DNA of 64,000 bases from Lama guanicoe (GCA_013239625.1 MU056134.1:3174477-3238476), one strand, 5' to 3'; shown: positions 13,861 through 28,219, counted from the first letter of the stretch. Notes: generated from the letters alone by a model not told the origin. Translations and numbers: made by a program.

Positions 13861-14541
13861 AGTCACTAACAATATCAAACTGCCCACCCCGCCCCACTGT
13901 CCCCTCCGCGGAAGCCTGGCCCTCCCGCCCCGCATCCCAAACCCTGCTCTCTTGCCGGAATGGCCATTGAAGAGAACGGAAGGATACACAGCAGTGTGAC
14001 TTCAGATCTGTTCCTGGAGTAGATTATAATAAAATGGAGGGCAAGAGGTCTGCAGCATTTTTGTAACCAAAAAAAGTAGGGGGGAAAAATGACATTAATT
14101 ATGGCTTTCATTCACTGAGCAACTAACACCAGCCCAGGACTATGCTCAGCGCTCTCCATACATTTATTCTTACAATGACCCTTTGAAGTACTATTATTCT
14201 CACTTAGAGTGGAAGACACTGGCATTCAGAGACATTACAGTCTGTAGTCAGAAGGGGAGCCCCGGAGCAAGCATGTCACAGGGCCTCCCGTGGAGCAGGG
14301 GTATGCAAGGCTGGCCCCTCGATTGGCAGAGAGCTCTGAGCACCACACCGGGGGTGGGGGGACACCACTGAGCAGAGGGAGGACTTAATCAGAACCAGCA
14401 GCACATATCACGGGCAGGATGCTTCCCACCCCCAGATTCAGCTTTCCAGTGATACCAAGTTTACATGTCAGACATCTTAACTGAGAAATATGTAATACAA
14501 ATCAATGCTGGAGAAAGGAATCCAAAATGACTCGGAAACTA

Positions 14542-14886
<345 letters not shown>

Positions 14887-15173
14887 CTAGAAGACGGGAA
14901 ACAAATGAAAAACAAGACATTATCAGTCCCTCCACCGTAATCAAGTGGAGCCTCAGAAGAAAATTACGGAAGCTCTCCTGATTCATTGCACTTGCACTGA
15001 CAGTCTTACCAGACCCAAACAGTAGAGACAGAGAGAGTCCAGCGTTTGGATACAGGCAAAAACTCAGGATTCTTGCCAAGCTGCATCATAACATTTTAAT
15101 TTAAAAACTAAACAACTTTCCTCTATCTCAGTGATTACTATACCTACTGATGACAACAAATAAAGAGGACATG

Positions 15174-15176
<3 letters not shown>

Positions 15177-15210
<34 letters not shown>
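15177..15210. repeat. (GT)17 microsatellite
   Basis: Seen directly. Confidence 0.95.
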
Positions 15211-15212
<2 letters not shown>

Positions 15213-17169
15213 CAACCTTCAAAAAGACAGAAAGACAGAGGTGGCTCTGAGTTGGGGGCGGGGGAAGCTCTGGATCTTGGGAGTTCTAGAAGATGATACC
15301 TTCAAAACAAATCACTACTGTGCCTGGGGACCCCAGAACTGTGGCAAATCTTAAAGACATGTATAGTACCCCACTTGGAAACCAATGAAATGAAGTTAGA
15401 AAGGGACTCTTTAAGCTAATGGTGACCCAAATGTTTCCACTGAAATAAAAATCTACAAAGACGGGCGCTACCCATTAAAAGCATTACAACCCACAGTAGC
15501 TTCTGTGAGTTTGGAAGCAAGATTCAGGGAGTTGAGAGGGTGTAACGCCGCACACACATAGAATGTGCGTTCTCAGGAAAGATGCAGTGGCCAAAAGCAG
15601 CACTCACTCTTCATTTCATCAAATGCACTTTATTTTGGATTGAAGAGTGGCCTATCCCAACTGGACCTTCTGAGCCCTTTACAAATGTAATAAGGCCAGT
15701 GTCACCATAGAGCTGTGTGTGGCCATCTTTGTCTGTGCGGAGGAAACAGCCAGCCCCCTGGAGAAGGACACCCTAACAGAGGAAAGACAAAGGTGAAGCT
15801 GAGACACAGGGAGAAAGACAAAAGCCCTTAGACAGTTCTCTGAACCTCTGCCTCCAGTGGTACCCAGTGCAAGAGCTACCTCTGGACTACGAGCTAACAC
15901 AATTTGTTCTCTGCTGAAAAACATCCTCCAAAAGCAAACCTAAGCCACTTCCTCTGCAGGAAATTCAACAAGGAAGGACTGTAGCTCCCCTTCCTCCCCA
16001 GGTAATCTGGGCTGCCCACTTCTTCTGGTACTGGGACTCCTTTCTGGCTCTGGAGGTCCTCGTCCTGTGTGTGGCTCAGCCCCAAACAGAACTTTATTTT
16101 GCTCTTTTCCCATCGCTGGGGTCTATAGGAGTTTCACACGTGTGGACAAGGACGCTGAGCTGCTGCATGTGACTATGTTACGGCTTCTGAGATGAACATC
16201 TGGAAGCCCCTCTGTGAAGTTGCTCCTTTTGGGCCATTTGCCGCCAAGTCTGAGGTGACACTACTCAAACAGGTGCTCGTCCCACCCCCCGGACAGGCAG
16301 GGAGAGGACATCTGCCCGATCGCTTTACTTACAGCTACCAAGGCTTGTGAGCAAAGGAGCTTTTACACTTGTCATCTCTGCCGTCTGGACACAGGTATTT
16401 TAATCATCAGAAAGTCTGGTCTCAGAACAACAGATGGCATCACTATCAGAGCCAAAAACTTGTAACTTGGGACATTCTACCTGAAGAGTAGTAAACAATC
16501 AAAAGGGCTGACGGAATGGAACTGGGGCTCACTGAGCAGCCCCTCTCAACCCCATTCCAGCCCAAGAGGATGCCTCACTCAGCAACTGCTTCCTCTTGGC
16601 TTCCTACCATCCTGCCTTTCTCAATCCCAGATCCAGCAGGCCCGAAACAGTGGTGGCAAAGTGAGAAATTCCTGTACTTTCCAGCCGGAAGGCAGGAGTC
16701 TGAGGCCTGCCTCTGCTGTCACACACCAGCCATACGGCCTCTCTGAGTATCAGTTTCCTCGTCTGCAAAGTGCTGACAGGGGCACCTATTTCTGGTGCTG
16801 TTGGGGAGATTCAATTACATAATAGGTGTAAAGAGCTACACAGATATCAGGTTTATTTCTGGGCAAATGCACACATGCACACACGGGTATACACACACAT
16901 ATGCCCTGTTCTTCCTCTCGCTCGCCGCCTCTAGGCCAGCCTCCCTGATACATCCTATCCTTAGCTACACCCTGAACGAATCCACGCCCACCCACACCAC
17001 CTCCCCACCCTCCTAGGAATTCTCTTCCTCGTTTCTAGTACTCGTCTCCTCAAAACCAGGATACGAGATTCCGCTGAGCACTGCTGACTGCCATCCACCC
17101 CACCTTAGATTTCATAAGATTATGACAAACTAAAATCAAGTCCTGGCCAAATTAAAATGAGAAAGAGGA

Positions 17170-17192
17170 TTATGATAAATCACAGAGAAAAA
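17170..17192 (+). mobile_element. 23-nt L1 3'UTR micro-insertion with 16-bp TSD
   Basis: TSD aaaatgagaaagagga at 17154-17169 and 17193-17208; insert matches 18010-18032 at 22/23. Confidence 0.75.
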
Positions 17193-17937
17193 AAAATGAG
17201 AAAGAGGAATAAGTGGATCAAATGTCCATTTACAACCAAAGGAGCGAACCTTTAAAATAAAACGCTCAACACACCTATTGATTGCACGCAAACCTTTGTT
17301 GTCTCCCGTGGCCATTTCTTCTCCATCCTCTTCCCCGACTTCCCTTCCCTCCCAACACCCTCTCCCACAAATATACGTGCAGCAAACAGCAGAATCAATT
17401 CCATCATTGTCTGGGTGTCCATGGTCCTTTACATATACCTAACGATTGTAATGGATTTTTTGTGGGTCTGGATTTTGGTTGGACCAAGACATTCCAGAGG
17501 GCAGGAATCTGTCTCGTTCACTGTGACTCCCTGACACCTGGGACAGTGTCCAGAGTAAGATAGGAAGTGCTCAATATGTGTTCATTAAGTTGCAATTTAA
17601 AACCAGTCAATCCTGTTGTCCACACACACTCCACCTCTGCCCTTGGAGACAGTCAGGCAACACATTGACCATGGTAGTTAGGGCTGTGTCAGCACTTCAA
17701 CTGCAGACTTTCTTTCAAGCAACACAATTTAGTGTTGCAATCCTCACATACTGAAAAAATTACTGGGTCATTAACTCAGGACAAAGATGTTAATTAGCCA
17801 TGCCATCAAATTATAAAGTTGTTGCTAGAGTAATAAATTATTGTAAACCATTGTTTTTTATATATGTGTTTTTTCAGATGAACTTCATCTACCTCAGATG
17901 CCCTACATATATTCCTTTCTCTCTCCATTTAAGAAAG

Positions 17938-18147
17938 ACTGGGATTTCAAAATTGTAGAATAGATAAACAAGATTACACTGTATAGCACAGGGAAATACA
18001 CACAAAATGTTATGATAACTCACAGAGAAAAAAAATGTGACAATGAGTGTGTATATGTCCATGAATGACTGAAAAATTGTGCTGAACACTGGAATTTGAC
18101 ACAACATTGTAAAATGATTATAAATCAACAAAAAATGTTAAAAAAAA
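17938..18147 (+). mobile_element. Young camelid L1, 5'-truncated 3' end
   Basis: gtatagcacagggaaata... acacaacattgtaaaatgattataaatcaa + A tail; short TSD aagaaag. Confidence 0.85.
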
Positions 18148-18834
18148 AAGAAAGGCACTTTTCAATGAGTGTCTATTAATAATCTATATTTTTAGATTCT
18201 TTTAGACACTTGACTTTTTTTAAACATTGGATTACAGTTTTTCCTTTTGCAACAATTTAAAATCTCTTTTTTTTCCTTTTGGCCACCTCCCTCAGGAACT
18301 AGAACCAATTTTAATATCCATTTCATTCAATCAACAAATACCACACTGGAGATGTAGGGATGAAAAAACATAATTCCTGTTCTCAAGGAGCTTACAATCT
18401 AGCAAAGGAAAGAGGCTACTGAATACGAAAAAGCCACATTACTGAGTGTTGAGGGAGCCCAGAGAGACCATCACCAACACTGGCTTTTCTGTTTGCTTGG
18501 TAGTAGGAGAGAGAAGGGAGGGAGGTCCAAGAAGCCCCCTGAAGGTCACAACTTCATAACTTACTTGGGCCAGAGCGTTTTTACACAACAGCAGTAAGAG
18601 GGCGTGTACTAAATGCATTTGATCTGAGCCAAAAAGCCGACAAGCGGGAAGAGTAGCAGGCACCAAATAAAAGACTGTTTTTCAAAGCCATACTCCACCA
18701 TAAACAAACTCCCACTTTCCAGCAACATAGATCTGCACTGTCCAGTGACGTGACTGAAGACTATCTATATCCAAACTGTTATTCTGAATTCCTGCGCCAA
18801 CTGGAGTCCCAGCTACATTAGTCAACATTTCATT

Positions 18835-20200
18835 AACTCAGTCCTTCAATCATTCAATAAATATCTTCCACATACCAGGCATTATTCTAAGCGCTGGGAA
18901 TCCAATGGTAGACAGACAGACATGGTCTTTCTCCCTGTCCTCAAGGAACCTACTTCGAGAGGTGGCAGATGGGAAGAGATATTGGCAAAACAACTAAAGA
19001 AAGAAAGAAGAAAATGTCAGAGTGTGCCAGGCATGATGGAGGAATTAAGCAGAGTGAGGAGAGTGAGGGAAACGGTGGTCACAGGACTCCTGAGAAAGAG
19101 CACATGACTCAGGACCTGCAGGATGAGGAAGAGTCGGGCTTTACAGATCTAGGGGAAGAGATTCCAAGCAGAGAAAACAGCAAATAAAAGACCCTGATAC
19201 AGAAAATACTTGGGTGGTCTGGAGACCAAACAGTCAGGCAGCGGATGGCAGGATGGTATTGCAGCGAGAGGTGTTAGTAACTTGGGGAAGGAGGGCCTCA
19301 AGGGCCACACAAAAAGCCTGAGACTTGCTCTAAGTGCAATGAGAAGCCACTGAAGGGCTTTAAATGGGGGGCTAGCAAATATGTGAAAGACTGCTCTAGC
19401 CACTCTGTGTCAAGAGGGCCGCACAGAGGAGAGAAAGCCCTGTTAGGAAGCTGCCACAGTGTCGTGGTGAGGAAGGCAGGGGTCTAGACCAGGTGGCCAG
19501 TGGTGACGGAAGAAGTGGGGCGATGTGGGATTTATATGAAGATATAATCTGCAGGACTCACTGATGGACTGGATGTGGATAACGAGGGAAAGCAAATAAT
19601 CAAGGGTTACCCTTAGGTCGTGGTTTGAAAAGCCAATGAATTATCCCATTAGCTAAGTCAGAGAACACAGGAGCAGGGACAGGCTCTAAGCAAGAGTCCC
19701 CATTTCCACACGTGAAAGGTGCAGAGTCTATTCGATATCCAGTGGAGATACCAGGTTGGACATATGAGTCTGGAGCTTGGAAGAGAGGTGCAGACTAAAG
19801 ATGAAAATTTAGACATCATCAGTTTATAGATGATATTTAAGTCTGTAGGACTAGAAGTCACTTATCAAGAGAGTACAGACAGAAGAGAAAATGGCCCAGG
19901 GCTGAGCCCTTGGGCACTCCAGGTTTCCAGAGTCTAGAAGAAAAAAGGAGGGAAGAAAGATGCAAGAGAAAAGGCACCAGTGACAAGAGAAAAAACCAAG
20001 GACTTTGGTGTCACAGAAGCCAAACAAAAGTGTTGGGAGGCAGAGGAAAAGACTGATTACGTCTTATGTTGTTGAAAATTCACATTACGATTAGGACGGG
20101 GGCTGCTACTGAACTGGCCACCAGGGAGGTCACTGATGACCTTGACAAGAGCAGTTTCAGTGGAGTCAAGGGAATGGAAGTAGACAGTGACGAGGGGACG
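18835..20200 (-). mobile_element. L2 element (about 1.4 kb)
   Basis: Reverse tail cattcaataaatat; motifs gcaatgagaagccactgaagggcttt, catccagtggagat, gaccttgacaagagcagtttcagtggag. Confidence 0.75.
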
Positions 20201-20223
20201 AAGTGGGGACAGTGTGTATGAGA

Positions 20224-20444
20224 CAGGGGCCAGCACACGATGGCCTGAGGGCCAAATCAAGCCTGCCACCTGTTTCTGTAACTAACGTTGGCTTGGGACA
20301 CGCCAATCCCATTCGTTTAGGTATTGTCTACGGCTACTTCCACCGTTCGAGAGCAGGGATAGGAAGTTGTAAGAGACCACGTGGCATGTAAAATCTAAAA
20401 TATTTACTCTCTGATCCTTAACAGAAAAAGTTTGCTGACTCCTG
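20224..20444. mobile_element. MER58A-like hAT-Charlie MITE
   Basis: Termini caggggccagcacac ... gtttgctgactcctg; internal gggccaaatcaagcctgccacctgttt. Confidence 0.75.
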
Positions 20445-22829
20445 GCATACACTATTTTTTCAAGAAATTCTTGCTATGAGAAGATGAGAGAGAAAACAAA
20501 AGAGGAGAAACTGGGAGGTGGAAGGTGGGGGGTGTAACAGGACAATTACAGAAGAGTAGGACTTTTTTATAATGCTCTCCAATTGTTTACAGTGTGAGTA
20601 TCAGCTCTCTAACAGAGCTGTAAGCATCCTTTAGAGTGCGGACCAAGGACGTGAATGGCATCCTTACACCCTCAGCTCAGGCGATCGTCCATTCCAGTTG
20701 CCAGTTATGACGACTGTCCCAGTATAATCACCAACAGCTCCTTCTCACTCTCAAAAGTGACTCTGGTGATAAATCATACCGTCACCTCAACTACGGCATC
20801 TAACCAAAGCTGGAGCACAGCTGGAACTTGACAAATGTTTGCCAAAAGATTAAAGAGCATCATGGGGCCCCTCTCAGGAGAGGAGCAGTGCCAAGACCAC
20901 CAGCCTGAAGGAGACGTGTTGATGCTGTGGCTTTCCCTAACTTCACACACAATGGGAAGCACAGCATCACACTTTCTGTAACTGTTACCTAGTTGGCTAA
21001 TAGGGAGTCTAATGCCCAGGATGCTGCTGGGGGTGAGTAAATTCTAAACCCACTGGAACCTTCTAAAAAAATGTTGGGTCATGATGTGAGAAAGCACTAC
21101 AGAGGCGCCTGCCTGCAACTGCCCACCGGAAAGCACTGGCCTTCTGGGGGCACAGCTTGCATGAAATTCTGTGATATTGTTGGTCCTGTCATGTTGAAAT
21201 GATGCGCTGATGGGATTACAGGCACCGTCTTCCAGATAAACACCCTCGGACATATGATATTCAGCTAAGAAAGGCAAAAGAGCCAAGTTCTATACTTAGA
21301 CCTGAGGTCTGAAGAAGTTTCCATGATTCCTTCTCAGAAAAAGGTTTCTACCCCTATTTCTCTCTGGTTCTCAATCTGGCATCCGACCAGAACTGTCTCT
21401 ACTCAAGGTACCACTTTCTTCTTTCAGCAAACAAGTTAGACTCACACAATCTTACATTTCACAGTCTCAAAGAAAGATAAACTGTCTGCCAGATTTTTTT
21501 TAGGCTGGAATACTTTTGCTTGTTATAACCACATACTGAAGTCAAGGAAATTTAATATAATTCATTTTCCAGAGTCACAAAGGTTTGCATTCACTCCATC
21601 AAGCAAGTCTGTTCTCAAAAGGCACCCTAATACTTGATATCTAATCTCTAATAATCAATTACACAGGAAGGAGTGTTTTGTATTTGAAAAATCATTAAGA
21701 CCTACAAAAGATTAAGATTTAATTTTTAAATAACTCTAATACTTTTACTTCCTAGCTAATCAGAAAACGTGTTGAAAGAAAGATTCTGGCACTGTCCCTT
21801 GACACTCTTTAAAATAAAACGTGGCTACTTTTCCATTCCAAGCTGCATGTGGATTAAAAACAGAACTAATCACCCAAAAACGTCTGCTTTCAATCCACCC
21901 TTCCCGGAGTGTCTGAACTGAGCACTGGAGCGTGGCTACAGCCTGCATTCGAGGCTGTTAGTAGGAAGCAGTTACTGTGGTGGTCCTCCTCAGTAAGTCA
22001 AATTCTGCGATCGGGAGATGCAAAGTGACCCACTGAGCTGGCCTGGAAGATGCAGCAGAACCAGTTCCGCTATCTCTGTATTTTTGTGCATCATTAACTA
22101 TAACCATTACTTTAAATTTTCCTTGGCTCCAGAAGCCGACTTTGAATGGGCTTTCAGAGCCACGCTAGGTCATGTGCACCGAAGATAAGCAGCATGGAAC
22201 CCGGCACCGACCCCACTGCTTTCTTCTTCTTTCATCTCTTTTCTTTTTTCAGAACCTTGTCTGCCACCTGTGTAGACAGAGGGGCTCTGAGCCAATGGAA
22301 ATGTCTTGAGAAATTAACATCTCCTCTAGCTCTTAGATGCATCTAGTTCTGCAGTTTGCGCTGTGAGATATTATCCTGGGAATCCAGAGGCAACCTAGAA
22401 GAGATTTAAAACTGAGATTCCACTTGCTGCCCCTACAGGAAGGAGGAAAAGGCTACTTATTTTCAGAAGAACTGATACGCCTTTATGTTCTTTGGAAAAA
22501 ATAAGGTGCTAATATTCAAGGTTAATGGGAAGAAAGTCTTATTTTTCCACTATTCTGCTATCATTTCTGTTGTCCAAGTTTATACCTGTCTGCTGGTCCC
22601 TTTCTTTTGTTTGGAAAGGCAATGCACCGTATTAGTAAAAAGCAGGGGGTTTTTGAACCAGCAACTGGACTTCAAATGGTGGCTTTGCCACTTCCTGTGT
22701 GATCTCTGTCAAACCACTTAACCTCGAGGAGGCACGGATGCATCATTTCTAGAGCAGGAACAACAGTCCCGACCTAAAGACTTGTTCTTAGGAAGGAATA
22801 TCGGGCTTAGTAGTGAATACCTTCGGTAC

Positions 22830-23260
22830 TGTTTACCCAGCACTCTTCCTTTCTCCAGGGAACCTTCCTCTCACTGTGTTCTGAGTCCACTGTCCCAGAG
22901 GCAGGCCAGGCCCGAGCTGGGGCTTTTCTGTGACTTTCCAGAATGAATTAGGAAAGAAAGTTCACCTCTCTCTGGTGGTGGCAGCCCAGGACGTGAAGTC
23001 AGGTTAGACAGTAGCTGGTCTCTGGGTAGAGACAATCAAGCCAACACCGGGAGACAGACAGACACAGAAATATTCAGAACCCTTTATATTCCAAGACCGG
23101 CTCCCGTAGTTAGAGAAGCCCAGAAGGGACACTACTTTTTCACAGACTCATTGTTCAACTTCTCCTTCAAAACAAGAGAAGAGTCTTCTGAAGACTCTCC
23201 CTTTAGCCAAAGCCAGTTTGAACTGGGATTTTGTCTTCTACAGCTAAGAGAACCCTGACG
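22830..23260 (+). mobile_element. Old MLT1-type LTR
   Basis: 3' motif aagccagtttgaactgggattttgtc...ctaagagaaccctgac. Confidence 0.55.
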
Positions 23261-24756
23261 GAGGACTCAGCTCATAATAGGGGCTCACTAAATGGTAGTT
23301 ATTAATATTATCCCCAGATCTCCCAGATAGAGTGTGATGTTTCAGATGAGACCATCCCTCTAAGAACCAAAGGTTGTCGACACACATTGTAGAGCTTTGC
23401 AAGCTGGTTATGTTCAACATGTGCAGGCAAACACAAAAGAATAGTTCCTGGGTTCTTCAAATCATGTTGAAAATGAGCCGTTCTCCAGGAAAAAAAAAGT
23501 TTCAGTCTTTTGTTTATCCCTTCAATAAAAAGTGCGTGCCTCCTGTATGTGCTAAGCTAGATACGGAGAGAAAAACATCGCAAGATGAGGATATGCCTTT
23601 ACAGAGCTTGTTAGGGATATGTAAGAACTAGAAATAGCTGAGATGTGAATGATAGAAAGAGGTATGAATGCCAGAATCAACCGAAAAGCAAGGAACTCGG
23701 CAAAAACATTGCTGAGGGCTACCATATCTGATGAGCCCTAAACAGAGGGCCCTGGGACATCCATTAAAGGCAGACACCTAAGGGTAAGTAGCCTCATTTA
23801 TCGAATGTCCCTTCTTTTGATACTGCTGGCCAGCCAGGCAACACTGAGAGCTGTTGCTATGGAAACAAGACATCCCAGCAGGAGCAGAGGTGCTTTAAGG
23901 AATCTCAGCAATAATAACAATGCAGCCCATTCCCCACGATGGTGCCAAACAGCAGCAGAGGCTACAGGACTCTCACCGCCATGGACGGCTGCATGTGAAC
24001 AGCAGCATGCTTCCCTGTGTCCTCGAACACCCCAGGTACCGTCTAGGTCTGGTGGCCCTGGTCAGACGCCAGGCAGGCACCCATCAGATGCGAATCACTG
24101 GTGCTAACACTAATTCTGCCACAGTCCATTCAGAAACCTTGAGTATAAAGAGCCTTTATTTAAAGCACAGATTTCTCTCCAAGTTTGTGAACCAAAAGAA
24201 TGTGAAGGGCAAAAGGAGTAATTTTCGCCTCGTTAAAAATGCTCTGTTCCACCTAAGTTACTTTAATTTACGATTTCTGTGAATCACAACCACTGAAAAC
24301 ACGAACCAAAGAGTTCATTTTTATTGTTTTTAGGAAACAAGCCAGAAGTTAAAATCATAAGACAGGACGGGGACACAACTCCAGCGGTGCGCAAACAAGA
24401 CGAAACATTTACATTTTCAAGTCCTGCTTGTATCTGTTACTGTCCATAACTTAAAAGTCTGTTCGCCCTGAAATAGTGGGGAGTGGTGAATGCATTAGTG
24501 CATGGCTTCCTTTGATGAAGCGGAACCCTGGGATGAGCGTGTGTGAAGCAACAACTCCAAATGGAGCTGGAGAAGGAAAGGTTAAAGCAAGAGTCTCAGT
24601 TGCTTTTGCTGAATAAAAGGACAGAAATTCAATACTTTAGAAAATGGGGCACATTTAAAGGAACAATCTACCCAAGCTTAACAAAGGACTACTTCCCACA
24701 GCCAGGACTTTTCAGCTGCCAAGCTAAATTTGAATCCCCCATATCTTCCTATTAGT

Positions 24757-25170
24757 TCTTTTTTTTTTTGGAAGGGGTGGTAGTTAGGTTTATTTGTTTG
24801 TTTGTTTGTTTATTTAAATGGAGATATTGGGGGTTGAACCCAGGCCCCCCTGCATGCTAAGCATGTTCTCTACCACTGAGCTATGCCCTCCCTCCCCTCT
24901 TTCCTTTTTCTTAAAATTTTTTTCAAATTTTGGGGCTAACTAGGTTTATTTATTTATTTATTTAAATGAAGGTATTGGGGGTTGAACCCAGGACCTCATG
25001 CATGCTAAGCATACACTCTTACCACTGAGCTATGCCCTCCCCACCCGTTTCTTTTTCTTAAAATTAAAAAAAATTTTTTTGGAGAAATTTTTTGGGATAA
25101 TTAGATTGACCGATTGACTGACTGATATTTAATGGAGGTACTGGGGATTGAACCCAGAACCTTATGCATC
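24757..25170 (-). mobile_element. Three head-to-tail Vic-1-type SINEs
   Basis: Reverse B boxes ggggttgaacccagg / ggggattgaacccag at about 24830, 24977 and 25143; the third copy lacks its A-box head. Confidence 0.85.
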
Positions 25171-28100
25171 TTACAATTACTTCTAAATGTAGTTACTTAG
25201 TAACAGTCATCTATATCACAGGTCCTCATTCAAGTCTTCACTTGGGGTTGATAACAGGATGTTCCTTCAGTTGGTTTTAAGAGGAAACTTATGTACCAAA
25301 GCCCTTTAGGCTATGGCCTGCCTTGGGGTTTCATCTGAGTGACTTTCCCTCCCTGTTGCACTCTTCTTCAGGACTGCTTCCTGGGCGTTCAGGACCACAG
25401 GTGTACAGTGAACACACAGTTTTCTCCTTCCCTCAGTCCAGTTTCATCTCCGCTAGCTGGTTAATGAGGGGCTCAGCTGGTTAATGAGGCCACAGTTATC
25501 ATCAGCACTTGGATTCCCTTGTGAACCAGTTAACTTTTCAGATTCCACAGTGAGGAAAAAAAGAAAAAAAAAAAGGCTCCCAAATGTGTTTTTACAGTTT
25601 GTCACTGTTTAAGAAGAGAATTTGGTACACACAAGCACGGACAGATCTGAAAATCTGGACCCATGATTAACTCACTGGGTATGATTTTGAGCATGTCATA
25701 GAACCTATCAGAGCCTGTTTCTTCATCTATAAAATGGGGAGAATGACATCTATATCTAATTCACATCTTTGTGAGGATGAAGTGATCTATGCAACAATAT
25801 TTTGCAGAATGAAAGATAAGCATACTTGTAACTGTAATAAAACATTAGCATTATAAATAAAGACAAATAACCCAAAAGATACCTTCTGCCATACAACTCA
25901 AAATGTGTCTTTGCTTACAGTGACTCATCAAGAAAGGCATTAGTCTTCTGAAGTATGTTTTTCATTTTAGAGATCTGGATAACTACAGAGCTGACGAAGG
26001 TACTGGAACCTGACCACAAGATGCTAATCCAGTCACCAAAATCTCTACAGATCACAATTTCCAAGTAGTCGATGAAAAAAAAGTAATATAGCACTTGGCT
26101 TAGCATAAATGATATTACTGTGTGAATCATAGTTGGCTATCTGTCCCTACTGCTCTCATGTGACTGAGAACGAGAAAAGTTCAGAAATATGACAAGAAAA
26201 CAGGTGTGACTAATCAGGTCAGAGATGGGATAAAGACCCCTCAATTCATCTCTTTTGTTTTACAAAAGATGGTACTTGGATCATCAGATTTACCTGTCAG
26301 TAAGTTTATCTCTAGAAGAAACGTTCCCCTTCTAGTTGGGGCCATTATGAGAGTAGCACTCATGTGGTTAACCTAACATGCATATTCTAGGTACCACATA
26401 CAACCCCTAGAGGTGAACACAGCATCTGTTCAGAGTCCACAAAAATCAGCAATCCCAGCACGGGATCCAATGCTATATGAATGACGATAAGTGTCTTGTA
26501 TATTTTAGAGCTTTAATCTGGATGACTATAGAACAGCAGATTGAGACAGACCAAAAAGGCATTATCTGCGGTTTTGCAAAATTAATCTCCTTCCAGAGGA
26601 AACCTCGGCGTCCACATTAGAGCAAAAGAAATTTAATAGCTACATTACAGACTCCTGAAAATAGGGATTTATGAATGGAAATGTTGACAGAACCATCACA
26701 GCACTGAATTCATGCTGCTCTTAATTCTGTATTTCCATGGATGAAAGAGGGGAGAGGAAAAAGGAGGTCAAGTTCTAACACAAGGACAGAGTTTCAAATT
26801 CTTATCCACTGTTCAAACACACCTGAATGATTTCTTGTGTCAAGAATCTAAAACCCAGAAAGCTTTGCCCTGTCAGCAGTGATACTGCAATTTTTCTACT
26901 GTGCAACCTCAAACTAAGGATGGAATTTTCCTTCCACCACTAACTACGAGCAGTCAAAAGCCAGAGGAAGCTGGGTAACAGCCAGAGCAGTTTCAGTTGT
27001 GATGAATTGCATCTTCCTCTTTAGATGCTGAGGCGCGCATTTAAACTTGTGACTGCCCTTAACGTAGAAACAAACAGATGGCAAAAGTTATGCTTGACCT
27101 TTTTTCTTGGCTCCTGAAGAGTGCCAACTTATATGGAGATGGCTCAGAAGAATAAACTTCAGTGTTCCTTTTTGGCAATACTATTTTCCTAAAACCATTT
27201 GCAATAATCATGTTGCACACAAGTGGGGACTTGATGTGTTTCTAAGGCCAGGAAGGAAATAGCCCAATTGCTGGACATGCTAACCAGAAGAAATCATCAC
27301 AGGGGTTTTCTTCTTTGGAGAGGGCAGCATCATTATTATTAGGTAGTGAACACAAAAACTTAAGACTATAGCTAATCTGAAATACATCATCTGTATAGGT
27401 TAAATGAAGACAAAATAGGAACGTATGCTTATCTGGAATAAAAAAATATTAAAGTTCAGAACAATATGGAAAAAATGTTTCCAAAGAGATTAAATGTTGA
27501 AATGATTAAAAATTACCGTATGATCCAGTAATTCCACACTGAGCTATATACTGAAAGGAACTGAAAGCAGAGACTCAAATAGATATTTGTCAGTATTTGT
27601 TATAGCACTGTTCATGTGTCCATGAACACATGAATGGACAAAGTGTGGCACATATAATGGAATATTATTCTGTTGTGAAATAGGAATGAAATTCTTGAGC
27701 ATGAATGGAAAATTCCAAGTAAAAATACCAGAATTCAGCAATATATTAAAAGGACAATACACAATGACCCAGTAGGTATTTAAGGGGAGTTAATATTCAA
27801 AACAAAATAAAACAAAACTAATCACCAAAATTGAAAAATCATATGTTCATACAGTAGAAGATGCAAAGGCTTATGATAAAATTCATTATCTTTTTTCTGG
27901 CAAACAGGCTTAGTGAACCAAGGCCATGAGGATAAGTCTTTAATAGAGAATTTGGAAATAAGAGAATGTCACGCTTCGTGTCAGCTCTAGAACAGAAGGC
28001 TTTTTGCTTTGCTCACTGCATTATCCCCAATGCCTAGGATAGAGCTCAGAACAGAGAAAGCATTGACTTTCTGTACAAGTGAATGAATAATAGACTAACT

Positions 28101-28219
28101 GGAGCCATTGTCATTAAAATCAAGAACAGCCTGCCGTTCCTACTTACTTAACATGAAATATTATTCAGAAAGGGCATTTAGAAAAGAAATTTTAAGCTTA
28201 AAAAAAAATACTATTCCAT

